DNA of 64,000 nt from an uncultured Oscillospiraceae bacterium (GCA_910579965.1 CAJTWF010000003.1:308-64307); one strand, 5' to 3'. Positions 1 to 8,106 are shown, numbered from the stretch's first letter. Made by a program: numbers and translations. The notes: generated by a model from the letters alone, not told the origin.

Positions 1-21
1 TTTCCTTGCCATATAATAACC

Positions 22-57
22 CCCCCTGATGTACTCCTGTTTTCCTACATCAGGGGG
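22..57 (-). terminator. hairpin downstream of pcp, candidate (bidirectional) intrinsic terminator
   Basis: CCCCCTGATGTA / TACATCAGGGGG 12-bp stem with a 12-nt loop, about 60 nt past the pcp stop. A/T-rich flanks on both sides. Confidence 0.45.
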
Positions 58-117
58 TGTTTATCTATTGTCTGGTTTTACTGGTTCGGTACACTGAACA
101 CTGGGGCGCTTGTTCTG

Positions 118-762
118 TCAATGGGTGGTGCCCATGGCCTCTCCAATATCCCGCTGGTTGGTTACGACGGCCTCAATGGCATACTCCAGCGCTTTCGAAA
201 TGGTCTCCAGGGAGGCGCTGGCCATGGTGACGGCCTTGTCTACCACCTGTCCCGTGGCAAAGGGAACATGGATGAAGCCCGCCCGGATATGGGGATACTT
301 GGTAGCGGCCATGTGCAGCACGTTGTACATCACGCAGTTGCACACGTAGGTGCCTGCGGTATAGGAGATGTGACAGGGCAGGCCGTGGTCCCGCACGTTC
401 TTCACCATGGCCTTGATGGGGAGCGTGGTAAAATAGGCGCTGGGTCCATCCGGCTGGAGGGGTTCGTCTATGGGCTGCTCTCCGGCGTTGTCGGGGATCC
501 TGGCCTCCGCCAGATTAATGCCCACCCGCTCAATGGTCACGCAGGCGCGGCCTCCAGCCTGACCGACGTTAATCACCACGTCCGGGTTGTGGGCCTGGAT
601 ACCGGCCTCCACCGCAGGTCCGCTCTTGGAGAACACCGTAGGGATCTCCAGCTTGATGATCTCCGCTCCGGCAATGGTGTCTGGCAGGAGCTTCACCGCC
701 TCGTAGGCGGGGTTCACGGTCTCGCCGCCAAAGGGGTCAAAACCTGTTACCAAAATTTTCAT
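118..762 (-). CDS. pcp: pyroglutamyl-peptidase I (pyrrolidone-carboxylate peptidase, peptidase C15)
   Basis: 214-aa ORF with N-terminus MKILVTGFDPFGG. Motifs GQAGG and GTYVCN, and the overall length, are typical of Pcp. ATGA overlap with the upstream gene. Confidence 0.93.
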   Translation of the reverse strand: MKILVTGFDPFGGETVNPAYEAVKLLPDTIAGAEIIKLEIPTVFSKSGPAVEAGIQAHNPDVVINVGQAGGRACVTIERVGINLAEARIPDNAGEQPIDEPLQPDGPSAYFTTLPIKAMVKNVRDHGLPCHISYTAGTYVCNCVMYNVLHMAATKYPHIRAGFIHVPFATGQVVDKAVTMASASLETISKALEYAIEAVVTNQRDIGEAMGTTH

Positions 763-1280
763 TTCGCGTCGTCCTTTCGTTTTTGTAGTGGAAAAATCAG
801 CTCGATTGATGGAAGGCGGATATTGCTGCGGCAGTCATAGAGTTCCATGGACTCCACGTTGTCCTTCAGCTCATATCCAGACGTGGGGAGCCAGGTCTCC
901 ATAAAATAACACTTTGCCCTGGCCACAGACAGGGTGAGGTCGTTAGGAACCTTGAACTTGATGTGAATCTCCGCGTATTCCCCCGGCTCCAGCTCAAGTA
1001 CAGTGAACTCCTCTCCCTGCCCGGGGCTGTCCACCAGGTCCCCCACAAAGTAGGAAAACCGCCCCTGCTGATCCGGATTATGGAAGATCACCATGGTGCC
1101 GCTTGGGTTGGAGCGGTTCTCCAGCTTGTCCCGCAGGCCGTAGAACCGCTTTTGCAGCTTCTGGACATCTGCTTTGTAGGTCTTTTTTTCCGTTACCATC
1201 TGAACGCCAGCCACAAAGCGGCTCTCCTCATAGGAGGCGGTATCCACGGTGATCCGCTTTTTTTGAAAGAGAGAAAACAT
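759..1280 (-). CDS. GyrI-like / AraC-effector-binding-type small-molecule-binding domain protein
   Basis: 173-aa ORF with coding-like composition. Pattern typical of GyrI-like domains, including the C-terminal ETWLPTSGYEL. No DNA-binding domain present. Confidence 0.65.
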   Translation of the reverse strand: MFSLFQKKRITVDTASYEESRFVAGVQMVTEKKTYKADVQKLQKRFYGLRDKLENRSNPSGTMVIFHNPDQQGRFSYFVGDLVDSPGQGEEFTVLELEPGEYAEIHIKFKVPNDLTLSVARAKCYFMETWLPTSGYELKDNVESMELYDCRSNIRLPSIELIFPLQKRKDDAK

Positions 1281-1380
1281 AGGGCCCCTCCTTATTTTAC
1301 AACCTGGAGCCGCCGCCGAAGGATATCGGATGGACCGCCCCTTTGGCTTGCGGGCACTGTCCCCCTCCCCGCGTCAAGCC

Positions 1381-2349
1381 TCATACGACCGGGAATCCAT
1401 CCTTCATAATCAGAATATCGTCGGCGTAGATCGTAGGGAACTGGAATACCAGGTCAAAGTGGCCCGCCGCGTCGTGAACGCCGCCCAGCGCCAGATTCCG
1501 GCCCATGCCGATGTGGAAGGTGGTGAAGGTCGACTCGTCCTCTATATAGCAGTTCCCCTTGCAGCGTGAGATCTTGTTGAGACCGATGCCCAGCTCCCCG
1601 GCCACGTAGATCCCCCGGTCTCCGAAGGAGTTCATGTAGCGCCGGAGTCCCTCGCCGGCCTCCCCGCCGATCTCCACCAGCCTGCCCTGACGGAAGGTGA
1701 GCTGGATGGGGGTCTCAGGGCGGCCCAGATAGCCCAGGGAGCCGTCCACCACAGCCCGGCCGGTGGTCACCGTCTCCTCTATTCCGATATAGATCTCGAA
1801 GCTGGAGGAGCCGGCCTTTCCGGGCTGATCGGCCAGGCCGTTAAACAGACCGGGGGTCCGCCCCCGCTTTCCGAAGTGGAGATCCGTCCCCAGGGCCGTG
1901 GTCACGCGGACGCTCTCCGCCTGCCGCAGGGCCTCCAGCATTCCCCGTCCCGTCCGCTCCGCTTCCGCCGGGTCCATGGCCATGAAGTCCAGCGTCAGCG
2001 CCGGCGGCCCCTTTCCGTTGGAAAGAGGGAGAGAGAGAAACCGGCCGCCCCGGGACAGGACCTGCTTAACGATCCGGTTCGTCAAAATGGAAAAATTGGT
2101 TGCGCCAACGACAAGATCGTGGTGCAGAACAAAATCCGCCATGGAGTGGAGTACCTTGCCGGGGTGGGAGCGATGCTCCTGAATGGTCACCAGGGTGACC
2201 TCCGTGCCGCGCTGGTCCGCCGCGGTCCACATGGCCATGCTCTCCTCCACATGACGTTCATCAGAGAGGATCAGAACCTTTTCACCCGGCCGCACCTTGC
2301 ACCAGCGCTCCATGACAATCCCGGCCCCCTCCTCCAATGATAAGCCCAT
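1381..2349 (-). CDS. M29 (AmpS/aminopeptidase T)-superfamily-like protein, function uncertain
   Basis: 322-aa ORF. By eye it resembles the short members of the thermophilic-metalloprotease M29 / NicX-like superfamily (GELGIGLN, FHIGMGRN segments). Recognition is from memory only. Confidence 0.55.
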   Translation of the reverse strand: MGLSLEEGAGIVMERWCKVRPGEKVLILSDERHVEESMAMWTAADQRGTEVTLVTIQEHRSHPGKVLHSMADFVLHHDLVVGATNFSILTNRIVKQVLSRGGRFLSLPLSNGKGPPALTLDFMAMDPAEAERTGRGMLEALRQAESVRVTTALGTDLHFGKRGRTPGLFNGLADQPGKAGSSSFEIYIGIEETVTTGRAVVDGSLGYLGRPETPIQLTFRQGRLVEIGGEAGEGLRRYMNSFGDRGIYVAGELGIGLNKISRCKGNCYIEDESTFTTFHIGMGRNLALGGVHDAAGHFDLVFQFPTIYADDILIMKDGFPVV

Positions 2350-2421
2350 AGGGGGTCACAACCTTTCAGCCAGACAGACAGGGGGCCTGCGGATGCAGCC
2401 CCCTGCCGTCTGCGTTTGGGA

Positions 2422-3378
2422 TCAGAAATTCACAGCAATAAACATATAGGCCAGCTGGAACACCAGCATACAGGCAGAGGGGATGGCCTGCATTTTGATG
2501 ATGGAGTACTTGTCCTTCACCTCCAGGTACACGCCGGGGACGATGTTGAAGTTGGCGGCCATGGGGGTCAGCAGAGTGCCGCAGTAGCCGCAGGTCATGG
2601 CCAGCGTGACCATGTACAGGGGGTTGCCGCCCAGGCTGATGACAAAGGGTACGCCCACGCCCACGGTCATGACCGTGATGGCGGCAAAGGCGTTGCCCAT
2701 GATGATGGTGAAGAGCATCATGCCCAGGGCATAGGCCACAATGCCGATGTACACGTTGCCGGAGGGGATGATCTTGCCGAAGAGCACGGAGAACGCGTCT
2801 CCTACGCCGGCCCGGGTGAACACCGCGCCCAGGCAGGAGAGCAGCAGGGGCATGATGTACACCGCGCTGGTCATATCCAGGAAGCGGCGGCCCTCCTCCA
2901 GGAAGACCATGGGCTTGTTCTCCTTGTTCCAGAGCACCAGGATGATAACGCCGAAGATGGTGGCAAAGAGGGATCCGATCAGGGAGCTCCAGCCGGGCAG
3001 GAAGATGGAGATCAGAATGGTGAACACGCCCGCGCCGAAGGCGGGAATGAAGATCTTCATGCCGATCCTCTTGAAGTTGCGCAGCTGCTCCTCCTTGGGG
3101 GCGGCCTCCAGGTTGCCCCGGCGGACCAGCTTCAGCCCGGCGGGCACGCAGATGATGGCCACAATGATGCCGCTGATGAGCGGAGGCAGCCACTGGCCGA
3201 AGGCCACCACCACGCCCAGCAGGGACCAGAACAGGCCCGTGGGCAGATAGTACTTGTTGTCCTTCTTCATCCAGGCCCGAATGCCGCAGTAGATGCAGAA
3301 CACGCCGGAGAGGATGTACATGATCTGAACCAGCTTGGCGGAGATGGTGACCTCCGCATCCATAAAGTATGCAAACAT
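2422..3378 (-). CDS. DUF979-type polytopic membrane protein (putative permease subunit)
   Basis: 318-aa hydrophobic ORF. RBS AGGAGG 8 nt upstream of the ATG. Lies directly downstream of a DUF969-type gene and in the same operon as pcp. Confidence 0.8.
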   Translation of the reverse strand: MFAYFMDAEVTISAKLVQIMYILSGVFCIYCGIRAWMKKDNKYYLPTGLFWSLLGVVVAFGQWLPPLISGIIVAIICVPAGLKLVRRGNLEAAPKEEQLRNFKRIGMKIFIPAFGAGVFTILISIFLPGWSSLIGSLFATIFGVIILVLWNKENKPMVFLEEGRRFLDMTSAVYIMPLLLSCLGAVFTRAGVGDAFSVLFGKIIPSGNVYIGIVAYALGMMLFTIIMGNAFAAITVMTVGVGVPFVISLGGNPLYMVTLAMTCGYCGTLLTPMAANFNIVPGVYLEVKDKYSIIKMQAIPSACMLVFQLAYMFIAVNF

Positions 3379-3396
3379 TGATACGTCCTCCTTTCC

Positions 3397-4083
3397 TTAC
3401 TTCTGGGTCTTCATGACCGCGCCGTAGCACTTCTTGCTCATGCGGGTATCCACGGCGATGGTGTAGACTGCGGCCATCAGCATGGCAAAGGCGGCCACGG
3501 GGATCTGCACCCGGACGATCTGCATCACGTCCACCTCATAGCCGATGTTGGCCAGGGTGGACTGGATGAGCAGCACCGACGCGTTGGCGGCGAAGCAGCA
3601 CTGGCCGAAGAAGTTGCCCACGTTGTAGTGCATGCCGTAGAGGGCCTTCATGCACTCCTCGTGCTCCTCGGCCACAGCTCTGCCGTTGGACTCCACGATA
3701 CCAACGGTCATGGGCATCAGGATGGGGCGGACATAGGCGGGGACGCTGCCGATGGGGATCTTGAAGATGATAAAGAACTCATGGGCGATGCCCCAGACAG
3801 CCATCAGCATGCCGGTGCTGAGGCCCTGAAGCTTCCGGATCAGCTCCGCGCCGGCCTCCTTCAGACCGTTGCGCTCCAGAGTGCCGGTAAGGATCATCAG
3901 GATAATGGTAATCAGCTGGGTTCGGTTGGCAACAAAGGTCTTTCCCACGGTCTCCAGCAGTTCGCCGGGGGGGATCTGTCCGCACACCGCAGTCACAATG
4001 GTGGACACAAAGATGATTGCGATCGGCTCCAGCTTGAGCGCAAAGCCTATGACCACAACCAGGACGCCAAGTAAGCTTAACAT
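3397..4083 (-). CDS. DUF969-type membrane protein (putative permease subunit)
   Basis: The ORF track starts at TTG 4128, but ATG 4083 has RBS AAGGAG 7 nt upstream and begins directly with a TM helix (MLSLLGVLVVV). Gives a 228-aa membrane protein. Confidence 0.78.
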   Translation of the reverse strand: MLSLLGVLVVVIGFALKLEPIAIIFVSTIVTAVCGQIPPGELLETVGKTFVANRTQLITIILMILTGTLERNGLKEAGAELIRKLQGLSTGMLMAVWGIAHEFFIIFKIPIGSVPAYVRPILMPMTVGIVESNGRAVAEEHEECMKALYGMHYNVGNFFGQCCFAANASVLLIQSTLANIGYEVDVMQIVRVQIPVAAFAMLMAAVYTIAVDTRMSKKCYGAVMKTQK

Positions 4084-4145
4084 AACTCCACTCCTTACAA
4101 AACACAATTTGGGGATCTTTTTGTTCAAAAATAAAGCTGGTCATT

Positions 4146-4174
4146 ATTATTGCATAATTGTCATTTTTTGTCAA
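4146..4174 (-). promoter_or_regulatory. sigma-A-type promoter of the DUF969-pcp operon
   Basis: On the minus strand: TTGACA, 17 nt, AATAAT. Located about 60 nt upstream of the DUF969 start in an AT-rich gap. Confidence 0.55.
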
Positions 4175-4203
4175 TTAGACGAACTGCTCAAAGTAGGTTT
4201 TGG

Positions 4204-4228
4204 GAATTTGGTACAAAGTACCAAATTC
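4204..4228. promoter_or_regulatory. 25-bp perfect palindrome, candidate operator upstream of the pcp-operon promoter
   Basis: GAATTTGGTAC-AAA-GTACCAAATTC (11-nt arms). Followed immediately by a second palindrome, CTCTCCTG-GTAT-CAGGAGAG (4228-4247). Confidence 0.45.
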
Positions 4229-4256
4229 TCTCCTGGTATCAGGAGAGACCGGAGCG

Positions 4257-4294
4257 CAAAAACGGCGGGGGATGAGCGTTGCTCATCCCCCGCC
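4257..4294 (-). terminator. intrinsic terminator after the S-component-like gene
   Basis: Minus strand: GGCGGGGGATGAGC-AAC-GCTCATCCCCCGCC followed by GTTTTTG. Begins 11 nt after the stop at 4305. Confidence 0.8.
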
Positions 4295-4304
4295 GCAGCG
4301 CCGG

Positions 4305-4817
4305 TCAGCGGCGTCCCCCGGCCCACAGTCTTGCCAGGGCCCCCTTGCAGGGCCGGAACAGGACCAGGGCCAGCACAAAATTGCCCGCACAGTGGAGCAC
4401 GTCAAAGGGAATCCCCTGGACCCACCAGCTCAGGGCGAAGGCCCAGCCCCCCACGGCCAGATACGTCAGCGCGCACAGGCCCCCGAAGCACAGCCCGAAG
4501 GCCCCCGACAGCACAGCCCACCCCAGGGGGGACTCCATCCGCCGCAGGGCGCAGGCCGCCAGGGCCAGAACCAGCCACACGTACAGGTAGCAGGCGGACC
4601 ACAGGCCAAAGCCCCACAGGGCGTACTCCAGCAGCACATAGGCGTAGATGGGCAGCAGGGCCCTCAGCCCCAGCACCGCCGCGTAGACCATAATCAGCAG
4701 GGACACCGGCTCGATGTTGGGCAGCCACGCCATAGCCAGCTTGCTCCCCAGGAGCAGCGCCGTCAGCAGGCCCAGCACCGCCGTGTCCCGGGCGTAATTT
4801 CTCCCCCTAATAGGCAT
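4305..4817 (-). CDS. small 5-6 TM membrane protein, ECF-type S-component-like
   Basis: 170-aa hydrophobic ORF. Size and topology are typical of solitary S components. Overlaps the upstream DUF4430 gene by 11 nt. Confidence 0.55.
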   Translation of the reverse strand: MPIRGRNYARDTAVLGLLTALLLGSKLAMAWLPNIEPVSLLIMVYAAVLGLRALLPIYAYVLLEYALWGFGLWSACYLYVWLVLALAACALRRMESPLGWAVLSGAFGLCFGGLCALTYLAVGGWAFALSWWVQGIPFDVLHCAGNFVLALVLFRPCKGALARLWAGGRR

Positions 4818-5226
4818 CGTAGCCCACGGTGAGGGTCAGCTCGTAGCGCTCCCCGTCGGCAATGGGGGTGGCGTCCGCACCGGTGTTTACCATCTCGCCG
4901 CTTTTTGTCACTTTCCACCACTCCTGGGCCCCCTCGTCGGCCGTCTCGCCGTCGGCGGTGAGGATATACAGGCCATAGGGCCCCTGGTTGTCCTCCACCA
5001 CCCCGCCGGAGACCAGGGCCGGGCCCAGATACTCCTCCGCCGTGGTCAGCGCAAAGTTCCGGCTGGAGCCGTCGCCGTGGACCACCTCCACGGTGATCCG
5101 CTTCTCTCCCGCCGAACCGCCGGGGGACGCCAGCTGCCATACCAGCAGCAGCACCGCCGCCGCGGCGGCCAGGCAGACGGCCGCGGTCACAATTTTTCCA
5201 TAGTTCCTCTTCTGTTCGCTCATCAT
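4807..5226 (-). CDS. membrane-anchored DUF4430 (transcobalamin-like fold) domain protein
   Basis: Start chosen at ATGATG 5226 (MMSEQKRNYGKIVTAAVCLAAAAAVLLLV, an N-terminal anchor). The upstream part of the 283-aa track ORF is Pro/Gly/Arg-rich and overlaps the phosphoesterase gene. C-terminus ...WWKVTKSGEMVNTGADATPIADGERYELT is typical of DUF4430. Confidence 0.7.
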   Translation of the reverse strand: MMSEQKRNYGKIVTAAVCLAAAAAVLLLVWQLASPGGSAGEKRITVEVVHGDGSSRNFALTTAEEYLGPALVSGGVVEDNQGPYGLYILTADGETADEGAQEWWKVTKSGEMVNTGADATPIADGERYELTLTVGYDAY

Positions 5227-5240
5227 GCTCTCTCCCTCGT

Positions 5241-5864
5241 CTATTTCCGGTCCCTCCGGCCCAGCAGGCCGTCGGGAATATCCAGGATATACCGCTCGTA
5301 GGCGTTGATAATGGTGGTCTCCCCCCGCTGGTGGACCCGGGGCAGGTCCGCGCCGTAGCTCATGTGGACGTGTCCGTGGACCATGTACATGGGCTTGTAC
5401 CGATCCAGAAGGGACAGCAGGCACTCGAAGCCCCGGTGGGCGTAGTCCTCCCCGTCGCCGTAGCCCTGGGCCGGGGAGTGGGTGACCACCAGATCCACGC
5501 CCCCGGCCCGCCAGAGCTGGAAGCGGAGCTTCCGGATCCGCCGGGCCATCTGGCGCTCGGTGTACTGGTGGGGGCCGCCGCTGTACTGGATGCTTCCCCC
5601 CAGGCCCAGAATGCGAAGGCCGTTCACCGTCACCAGCTTGTCCTCGATGCAGTCGCACCCCTCGGGGGGGCGCATTTCGTAGGTCCTGTCGTGGTTCCCA
5701 TGGACGTAGAGCACCCGCGCCCGGCCCATGGTCACCAGAAAGGACAGGTAGTTGGCCTTCAGGTCCCCGCAGGAAATAATCAGGTCAATTCCGTCCAGCC
5801 GTCCGGGCTGGTAGTAGTCCCAGTAGTATGGGCTCTCCTTGTCGGAGACCAGAAGGATTTTCAC
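5241..5864 (-). CDS. cytoplasmic metallophosphoesterase (calcineurin-like)
   Basis: GTG start 5864 (VKILLVSDKE) overlapping the upstream stop as GTGA. Motifs D-x-E, GDL, GNHD, GH-x-H (HGHVH). Confidence 0.8.
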   Translation of the reverse strand: MKILLVSDKESPYYWDYYQPGRLDGIDLIISCGDLKANYLSFLVTMGRARVLYVHGNHDRTYEMRPPEGCDCIEDKLVTVNGLRILGLGGSIQYSGGPHQYTERQMARRIRKLRFQLWRAGGVDLVVTHSPAQGYGDGEDYAHRGFECLLSLLDRYKPMYMVHGHVHMSYGADLPRVHQRGETTIINAYERYILDIPDGLLGRRDRK

Positions 5865-7834
5865 AGCAGCGGCCCCTCCTTCTCCGGCTGGATCTGATCC
5901 CGGTACACCCCTTGCAGGCGCACCAGGGCCCTGGACATGGGCAGCAGCTCCTCGTAGGCGGGGATGGCCCCGTCCACGCCCTCGCACAGCCAGTCCATGC
6001 GCATGATCTCCTGGGGGGAGAACCACTTCTCCCCGTCGCTGCGCACCGTCCCGTCCTGGGACCGGATGGGCTGCTGGAAGGGCAGAATACTCTCCTCCGC
6101 CACCCCCTTGCGGAGGATGTTCACCAGCTGCACCACCCCGGAGGGCAGATCCGGACTGAGCAGCACGTCGATGGCCCGGCTGCTCATGCCCCACCAGTAG
6201 TTCACCGCCCGGTCATCGTCCCGGGAGCTGATGGCGTCCCAGCTGCCGCTGAAGATGCTGCGCACGATCTTGACATAGAAGTTGCCCCAGTGCCAGTAGG
6301 GGGAGGCCAGGGGGGCCATGGTCCCGTCGGCCCGGAGCTGGCAGAGGCCCCAGGGCTCCTGGACCCGGTCCGGCGTGGGGATGTCCCGGTTGGAGATCAG
6401 ATCCACCCCCTCCCGGACCAGCGCGCCCATGGGGTCCTCCTCCACGCAGGACCAGCACAGCCGGACCCGGGCCCTGGGATTGGTGAGCCGGGCCCCCAGG
6501 GTGAAGGCGTTGATGCTGGCGGGCACGCCGAAGATGGGGTTGGAGGCCACGTAGCCGATCTGCCCGTCCCGGCTCATGGCCCCGGCGATGGCCCCGGTGA
6601 TGAACTTGCCCTCGTAGATGCGGCTGTAGTAGGTGCGCACGCTGGCGTAGGGCATGGAGGCGGAGCAGTTGAGCACCCGGACATTGGGATACTTGGCGGC
6701 GATCTTCCGGCAGGCGTCGATGAGAGGGGGCGTGGTGGCGAAGATGACCTGGGCCCCCTCCCCGATGACCTCCTCCATGGCCTCCACCGCCGCCTCGGGC
6801 TGGACGCAGCTGCGGACCTGGGCGGTGACCTTATCCCCCATCACCGCCTCCATATACTGCCGGCCCAGATCGTGGGCCCGGACCCAGTCGCTCTCCTCGG
6901 GGCTGTGCTCGTTGATGAAGGCCACGTTGAGCCGGTCCGGGAACACGGCCTTCACCAGCCGGCCCCAGAGGCCCTGGGCGGGCTCCTCCTCCCCCTTCTG
7001 CTCCTGGGTCTCCGTGCTCACGGAGATGGGCTCGGTCTGGGAGAGGACCTTCACGTCCGCCCACACGGCGTTCAGGGTCTTCACCAGCTCCGCGGCCGGG
7101 GTGGTCTTGAGCTGCTCGAAGGGATACACCCGCAGCCACACCAGCAGCGCGTCCGCCGCCGTCACGGGCAGGCTCTCTCCCCCCAGCTTCTTAAATGCCT
7201 CGGTGAAGAAAGTGAAGCCGGAGATGAACCTCAGCCGCTCGTCCTCGGTCCACACGTGGTCCGGCTCATAGCCCAGGGCGGCCTGGAGCTTGGCAAAGCT
7301 GCCCACCCGGCTGAAGTAGACCCGGTAGAGCTTTGTCATCTGATAGGAGCGCATGAAGTCGTAGTAGGCCTGGACCGCCGGATCGTCGGACCAGCTGGGG
7401 ATGACCCGGATGACGTAACCCGGGATGGTGGGGGCGTGGTAGCTCTTCAGGACGCTGGCCCGCTTGTTGCCCTCCTGGACGTAGAACCGGCCCAGGTACT
7501 CATAGCAGCGGATGGGGTCCCGGATGCCCTCGTCCCCCAGATGGGCCGCGCACAGCTCCTTCCACTTGAAGGCGAACTCCGAGTCCGGCTCCAGCAGGGG
7601 CATGAAGTTGGCGGCAAAGGCGCTGCGCCGTCCGGCGGTCTTGGTGCCGGTGACCTGCTCGGTGGGGATCTCAATGACCCCCATGTCCACCCGGCCGGCC
7701 ACCATGGCGTCGTCCAGGATCTCGTCGAGCACCTGGGGATAGGGGTAGCGCCCGTGGAGAACGCAGTCCTTATAGTTCTTCTGGCCCAGTCTGAGGGCTC
7801 TGCTGTACTGTTCCGCCGCTTCCTGTCTGTTCAC
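5861..7834 (-). CDS. fusion protein: N-terminal ParB/sulfiredoxin-like domain plus C-terminal BMP (PnrA/Med)-family binding domain; no signal peptide
   Basis: 657-aa ORF with GTG start 9 nt after AGGAGG. C-terminal half has a BMP-family pattern (FATTPPLIDACRKIAAKYPNVRVLNCSA; GKFITGAIAGAMSRDGQIGYVASNPIFGVPASINAF). N-terminus has IEIPTEQV ... DPIRCYEYLGRFYVQEGNKRASVLK. Confidence 0.8.
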   Translation of the reverse strand: MNRQEAAEQYSRALRLGQKNYKDCVLHGRYPYPQVLDEILDDAMVAGRVDMGVIEIPTEQVTGTKTAGRRSAFAANFMPLLEPDSEFAFKWKELCAAHLGDEGIRDPIRCYEYLGRFYVQEGNKRASVLKSYHAPTIPGYVIRVIPSWSDDPAVQAYYDFMRSYQMTKLYRVYFSRVGSFAKLQAALGYEPDHVWTEDERLRFISGFTFFTEAFKKLGGESLPVTAADALLVWLRVYPFEQLKTTPAAELVKTLNAVWADVKVLSQTEPISVSTETQEQKGEEEPAQGLWGRLVKAVFPDRLNVAFINEHSPEESDWVRAHDLGRQYMEAVMGDKVTAQVRSCVQPEAAVEAMEEVIGEGAQVIFATTPPLIDACRKIAAKYPNVRVLNCSASMPYASVRTYYSRIYEGKFITGAIAGAMSRDGQIGYVASNPIFGVPASINAFTLGARLTNPRARVRLCWSCVEEDPMGALVREGVDLISNRDIPTPDRVQEPWGLCQLRADGTMAPLASPYWHWGNFYVKIVRSIFSGSWDAISSRDDDRAVNYWWGMSSRAIDVLLSPDLPSGVVQLVNILRKGVAEESILPFQQPIRSQDGTVRSDGEKWFSPQEIMRMDWLCEGVDGAIPAYEELLPMSRALVRLQGVYRDQIQPEKEGPLL

Positions 7835-7910
7835 TCCAGATATCCTCCTTTGCTCCGCCGGCCTCCGGCGGGTCCCAATGGCTTCTGACTGTCTTCACGA
7901 AATCAGGGTC

Positions 7911-7940
7911 ATTATAAAGCAAAGAGGGGCCGGGATGCAA
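7911..7940 (-). promoter_or_regulatory. candidate promoter of the ParB-like/BMP operon
   Basis: Minus strand: TTGCAT, 18 nt, TATAAT. The roughly 75-nt leader contains the hairpin CCGCCGG-AGG-CCGGCGG just before the RBS. Confidence 0.45.
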
Positions 7941-8072
7941 TCCCCAGAGGGCCGGGGAAACGGAGATTTTTCCCGGGAAAAGGCGGTCAGAACTGTCACA
8001 TCTGATAAAAACCGGGCCAGGGGCGCGCCGCTCTCCGGGCGCAGTATTCCCAGAATTTGTTGCAAATACCCC

Positions 8073-8106
8073 TTGACGGGGCGGAAATCCTAGGATAGGA
8101 TAGGGA
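8073..8106 (+). promoter_or_regulatory. candidate promoter plus ATAGGGA half-sites upstream of the Rrf2 gene
   Basis: TTGACG, 17 nt, TAGGAT. Overlapped by ATCCTAGGAT and by tandem ATAGGA/ATAGGGA (8095-8106). The same heptamer recurs before nifS. Confidence 0.35.

Noticed and set aside
5828-7888. 686-aa plus-strand ORF
   Set aside because: It is fully antisense to the coherent ParB-like/BMP gene. Its translation is Gly/Pro/His/Arg/Val/Leu-rich low-complexity sequence with no recognisable motifs. It is a typical stop-codon-poor antisense frame of a high-G+C genome.
7968-7981. Palindrome TTTTCCCGGGAAAA in the divergent promoter region between the BMP operon and the Rrf2 gene
   Set aside because: It is a 14-nt palindrome of low complexity around a CCCGGG core. 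It could arise by chance, and I found no second copy or link to a promoter element.
7835-8060. Cobalamin riboswitch upstream of the DUF4430/S-component operon
   Set aside because: One is expected for B12-type uptake loci, so I looked for it. The best promoter leaves only a roughly 75-nt leader. I could not find the conserved GCCACTG or B12-box-type elements in proper order; there is only a loose AGTCAGAAGCC...ACCCGCC resemblance. A covariance-model scan would be decisive.
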